Position numbers and translations under genes: made by a program. A stretch of 64,000 nucleotides of DNA, from IMG/VR virus record IMGVR_UViG_3300032291_002524, positions 42,316 through 106,315 of that record. One strand, given 5' to 3'. Below, piece after piece: positions 47,450 through 56,778 of this stretch. A model generated the notes under the pieces. That model ran no database searches and was not told where the DNA came from. It saw only the letters and a list, made by a program, of their open reading frames with translations. This DNA is from a virus. How positions within the stretch are numbered: the stretch's first letter is position 1; each line of letters opens with the position of its first letter.

Positions 47450-47612
47450 AGTCAGGTGGTGGAATTGGTATACACTACCGTTAAGGGCTTAGAGATATGA
47501 TAAGATGTGGAAACGCACCCCTTCCTTGAACGGTTGTCCGATGAATGAATCGGGCTGTGTGATGTAAAGCGCACGGATGCAATCAATACAGGTTCGAGTC
47601 CTGTCCTGACTA
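47450..47612 (+). ncRNA. tRNA-shell RNA copy 7 (112-nt cargo)
   Basis: Shell with compensatory D-stem GTG/CAC; cargo stem ACCGTT/AACGGT. Confidence 0.85.
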
Positions 47613-47692
47613 CATAAGAATAATTACTTAAATAAAAACGATAATGTTTAGATTCGGCTCGTTTTTTCTCCATTCTAAAGATATTTATAGAT

Positions 47693-48469
47693 ATGAAAAA
47701 ATGTAAAAACATTGAATGTGAAAATAGTGTTTTGAAACATAGAGTATATTGTTCATTAACTTGTCGTAATATCTATGTTAATAGATATATGAGGGATTAT
47801 TCTAAAGCAGGTCAAACTATTAGTAATAAATCAATTGATTTATATATGAAGAATATAAAACATTGTCAAAACCCTAAATGTGGTAAAGAAATACCATATG
47901 AAAAAAGGAGAAATAATTATTGTGACAGTAGTTGTAGTACTTCACACATTAATATTAAAAGGCCACATACATGGGGTGATAAGATAAAAAAGGGGGTGAT
48001 TAATTATCACATAAAAAATGGTCATATTAAAACTAAAATATGTGGTTTTTGTGGTAATGAATTTTCAAATAGAAATAAATATTGTTCAATAGATTGTTAT
48101 AAACACAAACGAAGAGAACATATTAATGAATATGAAAAATATAAATTAGACTGTAAATTCAAATTTAACGTGTATGACTATCCGCAAGAATTTGATTTGT
48201 CTTTAATTGATAAGTATGGTTGGTACAAAGCAATAAATAATGGCAATAATTTACGAGGTATTAGTAGGGACCATATGTTATCAATCAATGAAGGGTACAT
48301 GTTAGGTATTGACCCATATTTAATTTCTCATCCTGCAAATTGTAAATTAATGATTCATACTGACAATATTAGTAAGAATAAAAAATCGTCAATAACAAAA
48401 GAAGAGTTAATTAAAAAAATAGATAGTTGGAACATTAAATATCCATTAATAAATGGGGTTGTCGTATAA
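47693..48469 (+). mobile_element. Putative HNH-type homing endonuclease, paralogue of 33268
   Basis: YCS..C repeats, SRDHMLS...ISHPANC...DN..K. Confidence 0.65.
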
Positions 48470-48526
48470 AAGATATTACAATGGTTTTGCAAACCATAAA
48501 ACACGGAGCGTTACCGTGCGACTCCA
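48455..48526 (+). tRNA. tRNA-Ala(TGC)
   Basis: G3.U70, ATGGT-TTTGCAA-ACCAT; deviant T-loop AGCGTTA. Confidence 0.82.
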
Positions 48527-48540
48527 CAAAAAAAACATTT

Positions 48541-48618
48541 CGGGATGTTGGGGAGTCAGGTCACCCCGCTTCGTTTGGGACGAAGAAAATTTCGCAGGTT
48601 CGAATCCTGCCATCCCGA
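48541..48618 (+). tRNA. tRNA-Pro(TGG)
   Basis: CTTCG-TTTGGGA-CGAAG. Confidence 0.9.
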
Positions 48619-48649
48619 CAAATTAAAGTTTCCAATATATTTATATCAT

Positions 48650-50254
48650 ATGATACTAACTGAAGGTCGTAAGGAAGACGTTTACAACAAATATAAAGAT
48701 AAAATCGATACTGAAAGAAAATTAAGGTCATTGGTTGAACCAAAATCATTCTATGATATTTTGTTGGAAGAACCTTTTATGGAACAAACCAACTACAAAT
48801 ATTTAGAACCTTTAGTAGCTCAACATTTTATTTGGAATGAAGTTTATCCAAGACAAGGTAATGAACTTGAAGAATTGGAACCAAATAAGGCGTCCACAAC
48901 AAGGGATGCTCTTATTAGTGATAGGACTTTTGTGGCTAATATTATCCCAAAATTAGAATTTTTTGAAAGAAACAAAGACAAATATCCTAAAAAAGATTTT
49001 AAACAATATGTTGGTTGGGATTTTGAAAATGAATTCATAAATTTTACCGATAAATTAATGTCAGAAATCTCCAAAAGGAAGGAAAAAGAAATCGCCAAAA
49101 AGGATTCAATCAAACTTTACGAGGACAATGACATATTGGTTGTAAAACCTTTAACACATCAATCGTCTTGTTATTATGGTTCAGGTACCAAGTGGTGCAC
49201 AACCATGGCAGGAACACCCAGTTATTTCGATAACTATACGAGTAAAGGTAATTTATATTACATTATCCTTAAAAAAATGACCCGTGATAATAAGTTTTCA
49301 AAAATTGCTTTATATCTTAAACCGGGAACTAATTTTGATAATGGTGATTATTACAATACCAAAGATGATTTATTAACAAAAAATGAAATTGAGTTATTTA
49401 AAAATTTTGTAATTCAAAGGGCTATTGATTCGATTAATGAGGACAATGATAAATCAAATAAGGGAAAATGGTTTTCACAAATTGAACGTGGGTTTAAAGA
49501 TACCAAATGGACCGATAGTATCACTTATAAAATTGAAATTGGAAAAGGGTTTTCAATTGAAGTTAAAATATCTGAATTATACGATTATTCAGATTTAGGT
49601 GATATTGATGAAATTGATGAAGGTAATCATATTACATATTCTATGAATTTAAACCTAATATCCGACCAAGATTCAAGTTTAAATGATTATATATTTGTTG
49701 ATGGTATTATATTCGATTTAAATAACACAGACTATGCCGTTCAGTACCAAACGGAATCTCAGAACGGTAATTATAGTTTTATTGATGGGTGGACCGATAT
49801 AAAAAAATTTGAAAAGACTGGAAGTGATAATTTACAAAAAATAATTGAGAAAGTTATTAATATTTTTTCAATTAAAATATCTAAATCTAATAATGTTCAA
49901 AATAAATATGAAGATTGGTTAGAAACCCAAAATGTTAAACCAAAATCTGAAACAGGATATGTTTCCCAAGGAGGAGGTAAATTAACCAAAGAAATGATTA
50001 ACTATTTAGACGCACTTGGTGACGGTGAAAAAGGGAATAGATTGGACTTCTTCCAAAAAACAGGTGTTATTACCACAACACCCGAGGGTAACTTTAATAA
50101 ATATGGAAATAAAGTATCTCTTCAAGGTTATTATGGGGCATGGTTTTCAGGTTTAAATAAGGCAGGGATTATAACAACAAAACCAGGTGTTAAAGGATTT
50201 ACAAAAGGTCCAAATTTTGAAAAGTTTAAAGAAAAAATTTTATCAAAAAAATAA
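48650..50254 (+). CDS. PLT..S..YG..TKWC family protein
   Basis: VVKPLTHQSSCYYGSGTKWCTT; start moved to MILTEG. Confidence 0.65.
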   Translation: MILTEGRKEDVYNKYKDKIDTERKLRSLVEPKSFYDILLEEPFMEQTNYKYLEPLVAQHFIWNEVYPRQGNELEELEPNKASTTRDALISDRTFVANIIPKLEFFERNKDKYPKKDFKQYVGWDFENEFINFTDKLMSEISKRKEKEIAKKDSIKLYEDNDILVVKPLTHQSSCYYGSGTKWCTTMAGTPSYFDNYTSKGNLYYIILKKMTRDNKFSKIALYLKPGTNFDNGDYYNTKDDLLTKNEIELFKNFVIQRAIDSINEDNDKSNKGKWFSQIERGFKDTKWTDSITYKIEIGKGFSIEVKISELYDYSDLGDIDEIDEGNHITYSMNLNLISDQDSSLNDYIFVDGIIFDLNNTDYAVQYQTESQNGNYSFIDGWTDIKKFEKTGSDNLQKIIEKVINIFSIKISKSNNVQNKYEDWLETQNVKPKSETGYVSQGGGKLTKEMINYLDALGDGEKGNRLDFFQKTGVITTTPEGNFNKYGNKVSLQGYYGAWFSGLNKAGIITTKPGVKGFTKGPNFEKFKEKILSKK

Positions 50255-50331
50255 CTTAAAAATTATTGCTGGTATTGTCAATAAATAAACTTTTTGATAT
50301 ATTTATTGTTGAAAAAAAAATCACAATTCTT

Positions 50332-50508
50332 ATGGACCCAAACATCACAAACATCGAAAATGTAGAGGAAATGTCTGCTCAAAACCAAATTGGGCATTTC
50401 ATTGATAATTTCTGTAATGACATACAGGACAATTATCATATATTTGAAAATATATGTTGTGAGGATGACTACGACAATATTCAGGGGGATTTAGTTCTTT
50501 TTATATAA
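50332..50508 (+). CDS. Small hypothetical protein
   Basis: Short ORF after a TATTTAT box. Confidence 0.4.
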   Translation: MDPNITNIENVEEMSAQNQIGHFIDNFCNDIQDNYHIFENICCEDDYDNIQGDLVLFI

Positions 50509-50552
50509 TAAATTTGTTTTTTCATTTTTTTTGAATTAACTTTGTTTTGTTT

Positions 50553-50957
50553 ATGACTTACAAACATCAATTCAAGAGATTTTTACAGAAGATAGCGGTA
50601 GACCTAACTAGAAAGTTTAATCCTTCTATTATACAAGGTACCCAACACGGTCGTGAGTGTTTATCAATATGTCAAAAATTAATCACCAATCCCGAAACTG
50701 ATTTATATGTATCACCATTATCAGCTAAGAAATATATTAAAAACGACGAACATAAGATATTTATAATTCTTCAAGGAAAAACGGTTCAAATTATAAACCA
50801 TGTTTATAGTTATTTAATTTTGACGGATGATAGAACATGGGAAAAAATAATGGAATTCTTCAATGAAGAACAAGAACGTAGATGTTTGAAATTAGAATCG
50901 GAAATAAACGTAAACATTAAACAATCATTAAAAAACATAAGTAATAATCTTAAATAA
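50553..50957 (+). CDS. Hypothetical protein
   Basis: Follows a TAACTTTG box. Confidence 0.65.
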   Translation: MTYKHQFKRFLQKIAVDLTRKFNPSIIQGTQHGRECLSICQKLITNPETDLYVSPLSAKKYIKNDEHKIFIILQGKTVQIINHVYSYLILTDDRTWEKIMEFFNEEQERRCLKLESEINVNIKQSLKNISNNLK

Positions 50958-50958
50958 A

Positions 50959-51246
50959 ATGGGAACAAATTCATTTAAATCGACATACCGTTTTGGTGGT
51001 ACAATATTTGTAATTTCGGTATTAACAATGTCAATAATTTTTGGAACATTGTTTAGGTCTTGTGGTGTTTCTGATAATGTTGTTAATGTAAATTTACCTG
51101 AAAGTGTCGACGGAAAAAGTGATACCGTTTTTATCGAAAAAGAAGTTGAAAGGGTAATTAGAGATACTGTCAGAATACCTTACACATCAAAAATAAAACA
51201 ATCGAATGATAATGGTTCATTTTTAAAAAAAGACACCATAAAATAA
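50959..51246 (+). CDS. Single-pass membrane protein
   Basis: TM helix, DTV motifs. Confidence 0.6.
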   Translation: MGTNSFKSTYRFGGTIFVISVLTMSIIFGTLFRSCGVSDNVVNVNLPESVDGKSDTVFIEKEVERVIRDTVRIPYTSKIKQSNDNGSFLKKDTIK

Positions 51247-51252
51247 AGTTCA

Positions 51253-51326
51253 GGACCCTTAGCTCAGTTGGTCAGAGCAACTGACTCATAATCAGTAGGT
51301 CGATGGTTCAAGCCCATCAGGGTCCA
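51253..51326 (+). tRNA. tRNA(CAT), probably Ile2 (lysidine type)
   Basis: ACTGA-CTCATAA-TCAGT; GGACCCT acceptor. Confidence 0.85.
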
Positions 51327-51332
51327 CTAAAT

Positions 51333-51406
51333 GCTCACGTAGCTCAGTTGGTAAGAGCAGATGTCTTATACACATCAGGTCACAGGTTCAATTCCTGTCG
51401 TGAGTA
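51333..51406 (+). tRNA. tRNA-Ile(TAT)
   Basis: GATGT-CTTATAC-ACATC. Confidence 0.9.
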
Positions 51407-51421
51407 CTAAATATTATTGTT

Positions 51422-51598
51422 ATGTATTGTATTGTGAAATTAGTTAAAACTATTGATGGTAAAGAATTACCGGTTATTATGTTAGATTCATCAGATGAGG
51501 TTTGGGAATTTGAAAATATGAGTGACGCTTCTGAAATATCTGAGATATTAACAAAAAATTCAGATTCTGGGTATACATATACCGCAAAAAAGATTTAA
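51422..51598 (+). CDS. Small hypothetical protein (58 aa, not in the ORF track)
   Basis: MYCIVKLVKTIDGKELPVIMLDSSDEVWEF... Confidence 0.65.
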   Translation: MYCIVKLVKTIDGKELPVIMLDSSDEVWEFENMSDASEISEILTKNSDSGYTYTAKKI

Positions 51599-51616
51599 AT
51601 TTGTAATTATATACAT

Positions 51617-51688
51617 GGCCCTGTAGGTAAATGGATATACCAACTCTCTTCTAAAGAGTAATTCGTGGTTCGATTCCACGTAGGGCTA
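51617..51688 (+). tRNA. tRNA-Arg(TCT)
   Basis: ACTCT-CTTCTAA-AGAGT. Confidence 0.9.
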
Positions 51689-51696
51689 CAAAATAC

Positions 51697-51784
51697 GGAA
51701 GGTTGTCAGAGCGGTAATGAAGCGGTTTGCTAAACCGTACATCTATAAGTAGATGCGATGGTTCGAATCCATCACCTTCCGCCA
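51697..51784 (+). tRNA. tRNA-Ser(GCT)
   Basis: GCGGT-TTGCTAA-ACCGT; long arm; CCA. Confidence 0.92.
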
Positions 51785-51805
51785 AACTTAACAGTATTTA
51801 TTAAT

Positions 51806-52216
51806 ATGTTAAGTTTATTGTTAATCATATTTGCCGGAATATTCAATTCCATTATGGATAAGGTGAATTTTAATTTTTCAAAAAGTATTTTTAAAAATAA
51901 AAACCCTAAATTTTGGAATATTAAGGATTCTTGGAAAAATCAATGGAAATGGCCATTAAAACCTTATAATGGTTGGTATTATTTTGGGTTATATACGCCA
52001 AAATATATCGAAAATTTCCCATATTCGAGTACATTTTTAGTGTTCATTACCGATGCATGGCATTTATCAAAGGCATTAATGTTATTTTGTATTTCATTAT
52101 CAATAGTATTATACACACCAATTATAAACCCAATAATTGACATATTTTTAATGTTTTGTGGATTTACAGTGACTTTCACATATTTTTACGAATACATATT
52201 AAATTCTAAAGATTAA
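51806..52216 (+). CDS. Membrane protein
   Basis: SST.LVF.TDAWHL.K motif and hydrophobic helices. Confidence 0.7.
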   Translation: MLSLLLIIFAGIFNSIMDKVNFNFSKSIFKNKNPKFWNIKDSWKNQWKWPLKPYNGWYYFGLYTPKYIENFPYSSTFLVFITDAWHLSKALMLFCISLSIVLYTPIINPIIDIFLMFCGFTVTFTYFYEYILNSKD

Positions 52217-52287
52217 TTCTATTAAAAACACTTTTAAAGACAGGTTCTATTGAATCTGTCTTTTTTATTTATTATTCTTTAAACATT

Positions 52288-53184
52288 ATGGCAAGACTAA
52301 AAGAAATTAAAGAAAAATATTCAAACTGGGACATTTCAATTATCGATATTTTATCCGAATTAGACACCACAGGAACTAATAAATATACGGAATTATTTCT
52401 TAAATCGATTCAAAATGAACATAATTATTTATATAAAAACGAGGTTAATATTGATTCTGATTGGTATTTGAATAAATTAAATGAATGGTTCGATTTGGAA
52501 CTAAATTCTGAAAATAATATTAATGATGGTGAATTACAATTTATTAAATTTAAATTATTGAATACCTTCATTAATGAAGCTAATTTTTTGAAAATTAAAA
52601 AATTTATAGATTACTCTGAAAGAAAACTAATTAAAACAGACGTTAATCAAATAAAAACGATTGAAGATATTGATAGATTAATATGTATATCTGATTTTAA
52701 GAATATTGATAAAGAATTATCAAAAGATGTATTAATCGAGTTTAAAGATGAAAATTGGTTATTAATTAGACCGTTAACATACGAGTCGTCACTTAAGTAT
52801 GGCGCGTCGACGAAATGGTGTACAGCATCAAAAGATACGTATGACCATTTTTTTAGATATACAGAATCCGGTATTTTAATCTACTGTATTGATTTAAAAA
52901 GAGGTGATAAGTTTGGTTTCCATAGAGATATACCTCAAAGTGATAATCGCCATAACAATGAGATTTCATTTTGGAACACTGCCGATTATAGGGTTGATTC
53001 TATGCAGTGTAACTTTTCACCTGATGTTATTAATCATTTAATGAATATCGAACTTAAATCAAATAAAGAAATGTCAAATGGAAAATGGGAAGAAAGTTTA
53101 ATTAACCTTGAAAAGGGATTGGGTATTCATCGTAAAAGACGAATAGAGGCTAATGAAACAATGCCCTTATTAGTAGAGGGATAA
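52288..53184 (+). CDS. PLT..S..YG..TKWC family protein
   Basis: LIRPLTYESSLKYGASTKWCTAS. Confidence 0.65.
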   Translation: MARLKEIKEKYSNWDISIIDILSELDTTGTNKYTELFLKSIQNEHNYLYKNEVNIDSDWYLNKLNEWFDLELNSENNINDGELQFIKFKLLNTFINEANFLKIKKFIDYSERKLIKTDVNQIKTIEDIDRLICISDFKNIDKELSKDVLIEFKDENWLLIRPLTYESSLKYGASTKWCTASKDTYDHFFRYTESGILIYCIDLKRGDKFGFHRDIPQSDNRHNNEISFWNTADYRVDSMQCNFSPDVINHLMNIELKSNKEMSNGKWEESLINLEKGLGIHRKRRIEANETMPLLVEG

Positions 53185-53234
53185 TATAACGTCAACTTAA
53201 ATGTTACAATAATGATTTATCATATATTTATAAT

Positions 53235-53867
53235 ATGATAAAAATCATGGATTGGACACAAATCATCATAACAATTTTAACATCGATTAGTTCAGTTATT
53301 GTTGCATTAATAACTGCTGGGTATTTTAAACGTAAACAAGAAAAGACGAAGGAAATAGCTTCTAAGAAACAATTAATGAAACAAATTCAACATGATGAAA
53401 TTATTCATTATGCGTTAAGAGAATTAAGAAGAAAGTACAACGCAGACCGAGTTTATATTTGGCAGTTCCACAACGGTGGAAATTTTTATACAACATCACC
53501 AATGCAAAGAACTTCAATCACATATGAAAGATGTTCAGAAGGTTTAGAAAGAAAGGCTGAAAAATATCAGGGTGTTTTAATCAGTAATTTTACTAATTAT
53601 ATAAAAAGCACAATGGATGGTAACATGTACTACTACGATGTTGATTCTATTCCCGATTTTGCATTAAGAGCGTTAATATTAAGTCACGGTACGTTTGCCC
53701 ATGCTGCAACACCATTATTTGACAAAGAAAACCATTTAATAGGTATTGTTTGTTTGGATTGGGTGTTTTCTGAGATAGGTGAAGAATATTTATTAAATAA
53801 TAATTTTACTGAAGATTTTAAAAATATCCTAAAACAAGAAAGTTCATCGTTAACTGTATATCTATGA
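53235..53867 (+). CDS. TM plus GAF-like protein, candidate T4 T-type holin
   Basis: N-terminal TM, NADRVYIWQFHNG, PLFD....IGIVCLD; about 1.5 kb from the endolysin. Confidence 0.55.
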   Translation: MIKIMDWTQIIITILTSISSVIVALITAGYFKRKQEKTKEIASKKQLMKQIQHDEIIHYALRELRRKYNADRVYIWQFHNGGNFYTTSPMQRTSITYERCSEGLERKAEKYQGVLISNFTNYIKSTMDGNMYYYDVDSIPDFALRALILSHGTFAHAATPLFDKENHLIGIVCLDWVFSEIGEEYLLNNNFTEDFKNILKQESSSLTVYL

Positions 53868-54352
53868 GTTTAAGAAAAATAATTAAAGAAGAGTTAAATA
53901 ATCATAGTGATGAAACTATGAATAATCGATATCCTGAGCGAAAACTATTAAAATTAGATAAGGATATTTTATCTATGTTTTTATCAGATTTTAATGGTGA
54001 ATTTGATGAAGATAAGGCAAGGGCTTTTTTAAAATATTTAAATATCAGACCATATAGTACAACATTAACTTTTTTTGAGGAGTTAGTAAAATTAAACCCT
54101 GATTCTAATGTTGACCCTTCATCTATTATTTTACCCGAATACAACAAATACGAAATTTTATTTGATGTTGTTGAGACTCAGTGGGTTTCCTCAAGACACA
54201 AGGTAATTGCTTATGCTTTTACGGAAAAAGAAATTGACGAAAGAATCGGTGATGATATTGATTGGTGGAACGGAAAAGAAATTAGTTCTGAGATTACAGA
54301 TAGTCAAACAGAAAGTAGTGAAATTATTTCAATGGGTAAAATCGATTCTTAA
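53864..54352 (+). CDS. Hypothetical protein with an LRKIIKEE leader
   Basis: ATGA overlap. Confidence 0.6.
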   Translation: MSLRKIIKEELNNHSDETMNNRYPERKLLKLDKDILSMFLSDFNGEFDEDKARAFLKYLNIRPYSTTLTFFEELVKLNPDSNVDPSSIILPEYNKYEILFDVVETQWVSSRHKVIAYAFTEKEIDERIGDDIDWWNGKEISSEITDSQTESSEIISMGKIDS

Positions 54353-54374
54353 ATAATATTTTTTTATTTATTAT

Positions 54375-54929
54375 ATGAGATACAATATTGTTGTCGAAGG
54401 GATTTATCAAAGTATTAATTTTTGTCCTATTACAAATACACAAAAAGAAAAGTTAAATGATTTCTCAGAAAGAAATGATGTTTCTTTTAGTGAAACACTT
54501 TTCAACGATTCTAATGAAATATTAGGAATAGAATGGCCTGATTTATGTGATGTTGAATTGATTAAAGGTATGATACCTGAAAAATCAGAAATTATAATTT
54601 ATGATGAATACGATAAAATCGTATATAATCGAAAGATTTCAGAAATGAAATCAGTTAATGATGTTATTGTTTATGAAAACGAATTAACAACAAATTTAGA
54701 CCATAAATTATTAGTAATTCATAAAGAAAAGGGTGAATTTTTGGACGATTTAATTGATTTTGAAGAAAAATTTGACGGTAGAAAAATTAAAGTTATTTTG
54801 GATACATTAACAATGGAAAATGGTATCAACTATGTTTGTTGTTATGGTTTTGAATATAAAAATACCCAATTTTGGATAAATCCGACCGATACTCATTATT
54901 TTTCTTTTAATGTTATGACATTATCTTGA
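54375..54929 (+). CDS. Hypothetical protein
   Basis: 184-aa ORF. Confidence 0.6.
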   Translation: MRYNIVVEGIYQSINFCPITNTQKEKLNDFSERNDVSFSETLFNDSNEILGIEWPDLCDVELIKGMIPEKSEIIIYDEYDKIVYNRKISEMKSVNDVIVYENELTTNLDHKLLVIHKEKGEFLDDLIDFEEKFDGRKIKVILDTLTMENGINYVCCYGFEYKNTQFWINPTDTHYFSFNVMTLS

Positions 54930-54964
54930 TATTTACATTTTAAAACAATATAATTTAATATAAT

Positions 54965-55135
54965 ATGAAAAAAGTACTTTTTACCCTAATTATGGTTGCC
55001 TTTGCGGCTTGTAACAACTCAACCGAAACGTCAGTTTCAGATTCAATTGTGTGTGATTCTTCACAACTGTGTGACACGATGAGTGTTGACACGTTGAAAA
55101 ATACAACAATTGTTGATACTACCGCGGTTAAATAA
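54965..55135 (+). CDS. Small lipoprotein (56 aa, not in the ORF track)
   Basis: MKKVLFTLIMVAFAA-CNNSTETSVSDSIVCDSSQLCDTMSVDTLKNTTIVDTTAVK. Confidence 0.75.
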   Translation: MKKVLFTLIMVAFAACNNSTETSVSDSIVCDSSQLCDTMSVDTLKNTTIVDTTAVK

Positions 55136-55155
55136 CCATTTTAACACAATTAAAC

Positions 55156-55185
55156 AAAAAAACCCCTAAATAAAGGGGTTTTTTT
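55156..55185. terminator. Intrinsic terminator
   Basis: A-run-CCCCT-loop-AGGGG-T-run. Confidence 0.8.
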
Positions 55186-55207
55186 GTTTTTAATATATTT
55201 ATTCATC

Positions 55208-55414
55208 ATGAGAGATGCTTATGTTATCCACGGTCAAAAAATTACATATATGGATAAAGAATGGACAATCGGTGTTATATATTTTATACCAAACAATCCT
55301 AAATTATATGTTCAATTAAAAAATGGGATAACGTCAATGAATGTCGAATTATTAAGTGTAATTAACCTAATTACAAATAATGTCGAAAACTATCATTATG
55401 ATAATAAAGTATAA
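55208..55414 (+). CDS. Small hypothetical protein
   Basis: TATTTAT box shortly upstream. Confidence 0.55.
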   Translation: MRDAYVIHGQKITYMDKEWTIGVIYFIPNNPKLYVQLKNGITSMNVELLSVINLITNNVENYHYDNKV

Positions 55415-56241
55415 AAATATTTAAATTTTTTTATACGGTCGTCTAATCCTATCGTACCACCATTTACCCTTTTACTAACTAATGTTATTACATCGACGTT
55501 ACTACCTTTGTCAGCAATTTTGTTTAATCCATTCTTACTGAAAAACCATGCGGCCGATAATAATGGATATTTTGTCGATACTAAATCAGGATTGGTAATA
55601 ATATCATCAGCAACGAACTGGTCAAAAGATGCATAATTTGCTCTACCGGTAAGTTGAATATATCCTCTACCTCTATATTTCCATCCATCACCTGATTTTT
55701 CATTACCATTTCCATTTTGATTTGCATATACAAAATTGGCAATTGCTTGTGGTTTTCTACTTAACTGTTTTGCCTTTAATTTTTCATCGGCTTCGATAAT
55801 TCTATTTCGATTTGTGTCAAAATCGCTCTTGAATGTACTGATTAATCCGTTTTCAGTGTAATTTAAATTTTCACTAACCACCTTAAAATTACCCGATTCG
55901 TGTGAACACTGTGCCAAAAAATGAGATAATCTTAGTGGGGTGTTAATTCCGAACTTATCCATAACCATCGGAATTTCTTCAATTACTGAATCGGGAATAT
56001 GATTTTTTAGTTTTTCAAAAAAATTAACCTGATTTGACTCGGTAACATCATCAAATAACATTCCTAACATTTTTAATGTTTCAGGGCCAGCAATACCATT
56101 ATCAGGTAATCCATTTGACTTTTGCCATTCCTTTAATCTTTTTTCCGTTTTTGGTCCAAAGTCCCCATCAGGGTTTTCAAATCCAAGTTTCACTTGAAGT
56201 ATTTTTACTTCATTACCTTCAGAACCTAATTTTAGTACCAT
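55396..56241 (-). CDS. Endolysin: PG-binding domain plus glycoside hydrolase family 19
   Basis: DGDFGPKT...GIAGPETL; FLAQCSHESG, ENLNY, YRGRGYIQLTG, VNGG..GL.DR. Confidence 0.93.
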   Translation of the reverse strand: MVLKLGSEGNEVKILQVKLGFENPDGDFGPKTEKRLKEWQKSNGLPDNGIAGPETLKMLGMLFDDVTESNQVNFFEKLKNHIPDSVIEEIPMVMDKFGINTPLRLSHFLAQCSHESGNFKVVSENLNYTENGLISTFKSDFDTNRNRIIEADEKLKAKQLSRKPQAIANFVYANQNGNGNEKSGDGWKYRGRGYIQLTGRANYASFDQFVADDIITNPDLVSTKYPLLSAAWFFSKNGLNKIADKGSNVDVITLVSKRVNGGTIGLDDRIKKFKYFYTLLS

Positions 56242-56314
56242 AATTTTTTATTTATAAATATCATTGCAATTACGAATATTTGCTTTATATTTGTATAAGA
56301 AAGGAAGACAAACT

Positions 56315-56740
56315 ATGAAAAACATCATCACAACCATCGCAATGTTCATCTTGACTATCGGAGCTCAAGCACAACAAACCACTGTTAAACTCAACAACTA
56401 CTACTTTTTCAAACATGACGCACAATATACAACAGTAGATGCGTTCAATAATAACTTGGAAACTTCTCTTGGTAGTATCGAAAATAAAGAAACTGTTTTA
56501 GTTTTTGACGAGACTAACATGACTGTTAACCTTAAAACCGAATTGAATGATAATAGTGGGGTTTCAAAAATTGACAGTATTATCGTTTTAGGACCTAAAA
56601 CTGTCATGTACTTACTTAAAGATGAAAAAACTAATGTAGTTTATAGTTACACTGTTTTTGAAAATCGACCAAACCAAATGATGGTGTTGTGTGTTTGGAG
56701 AAAAGGGTTGTTTGAATTTGAGGGATGGCAGGGTTATTAA
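56315..56740 (+). CDS. Secreted hypothetical protein
   Basis: Signal peptide ...GAQA-Q. Confidence 0.65.
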   Translation: MKNIITTIAMFILTIGAQAQQTTVKLNNYYFFKHDAQYTTVDAFNNNLETSLGSIENKETVLVFDETNMTVNLKTELNDNSGVSKIDSIIVLGPKTVMYLLKDEKTNVVYSYTVFENRPNQMMVLCVWRKGLFEFEGWQGY

Positions 56741-56745
56741 ATAGT

Positions 56746-56778
56746 GAAAAAAAAAAGGGTCTCAGGACCCTTTTTTTA
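56746..56778. terminator. Bidirectional intrinsic terminator
   Basis: A-run-GGGTC-TCAG-GACCC-T-run between convergent genes. Confidence 0.85.

Noticed and set aside
36000-47612. CRISPR array
   Set aside because: Repeats are split tRNA halves, dispersed, with inserts of 27-130 nt and no cas genes in the window.
32584-47712. Short ORF-track entries overlapping tRNA or ncRNA genes (e.g. 32825, 32892, 34338, 34517, 36251, 44751, 44772, 45008, 45441, 47452)
   Set aside because: Chance ORFs in GC-richer RNA genes.
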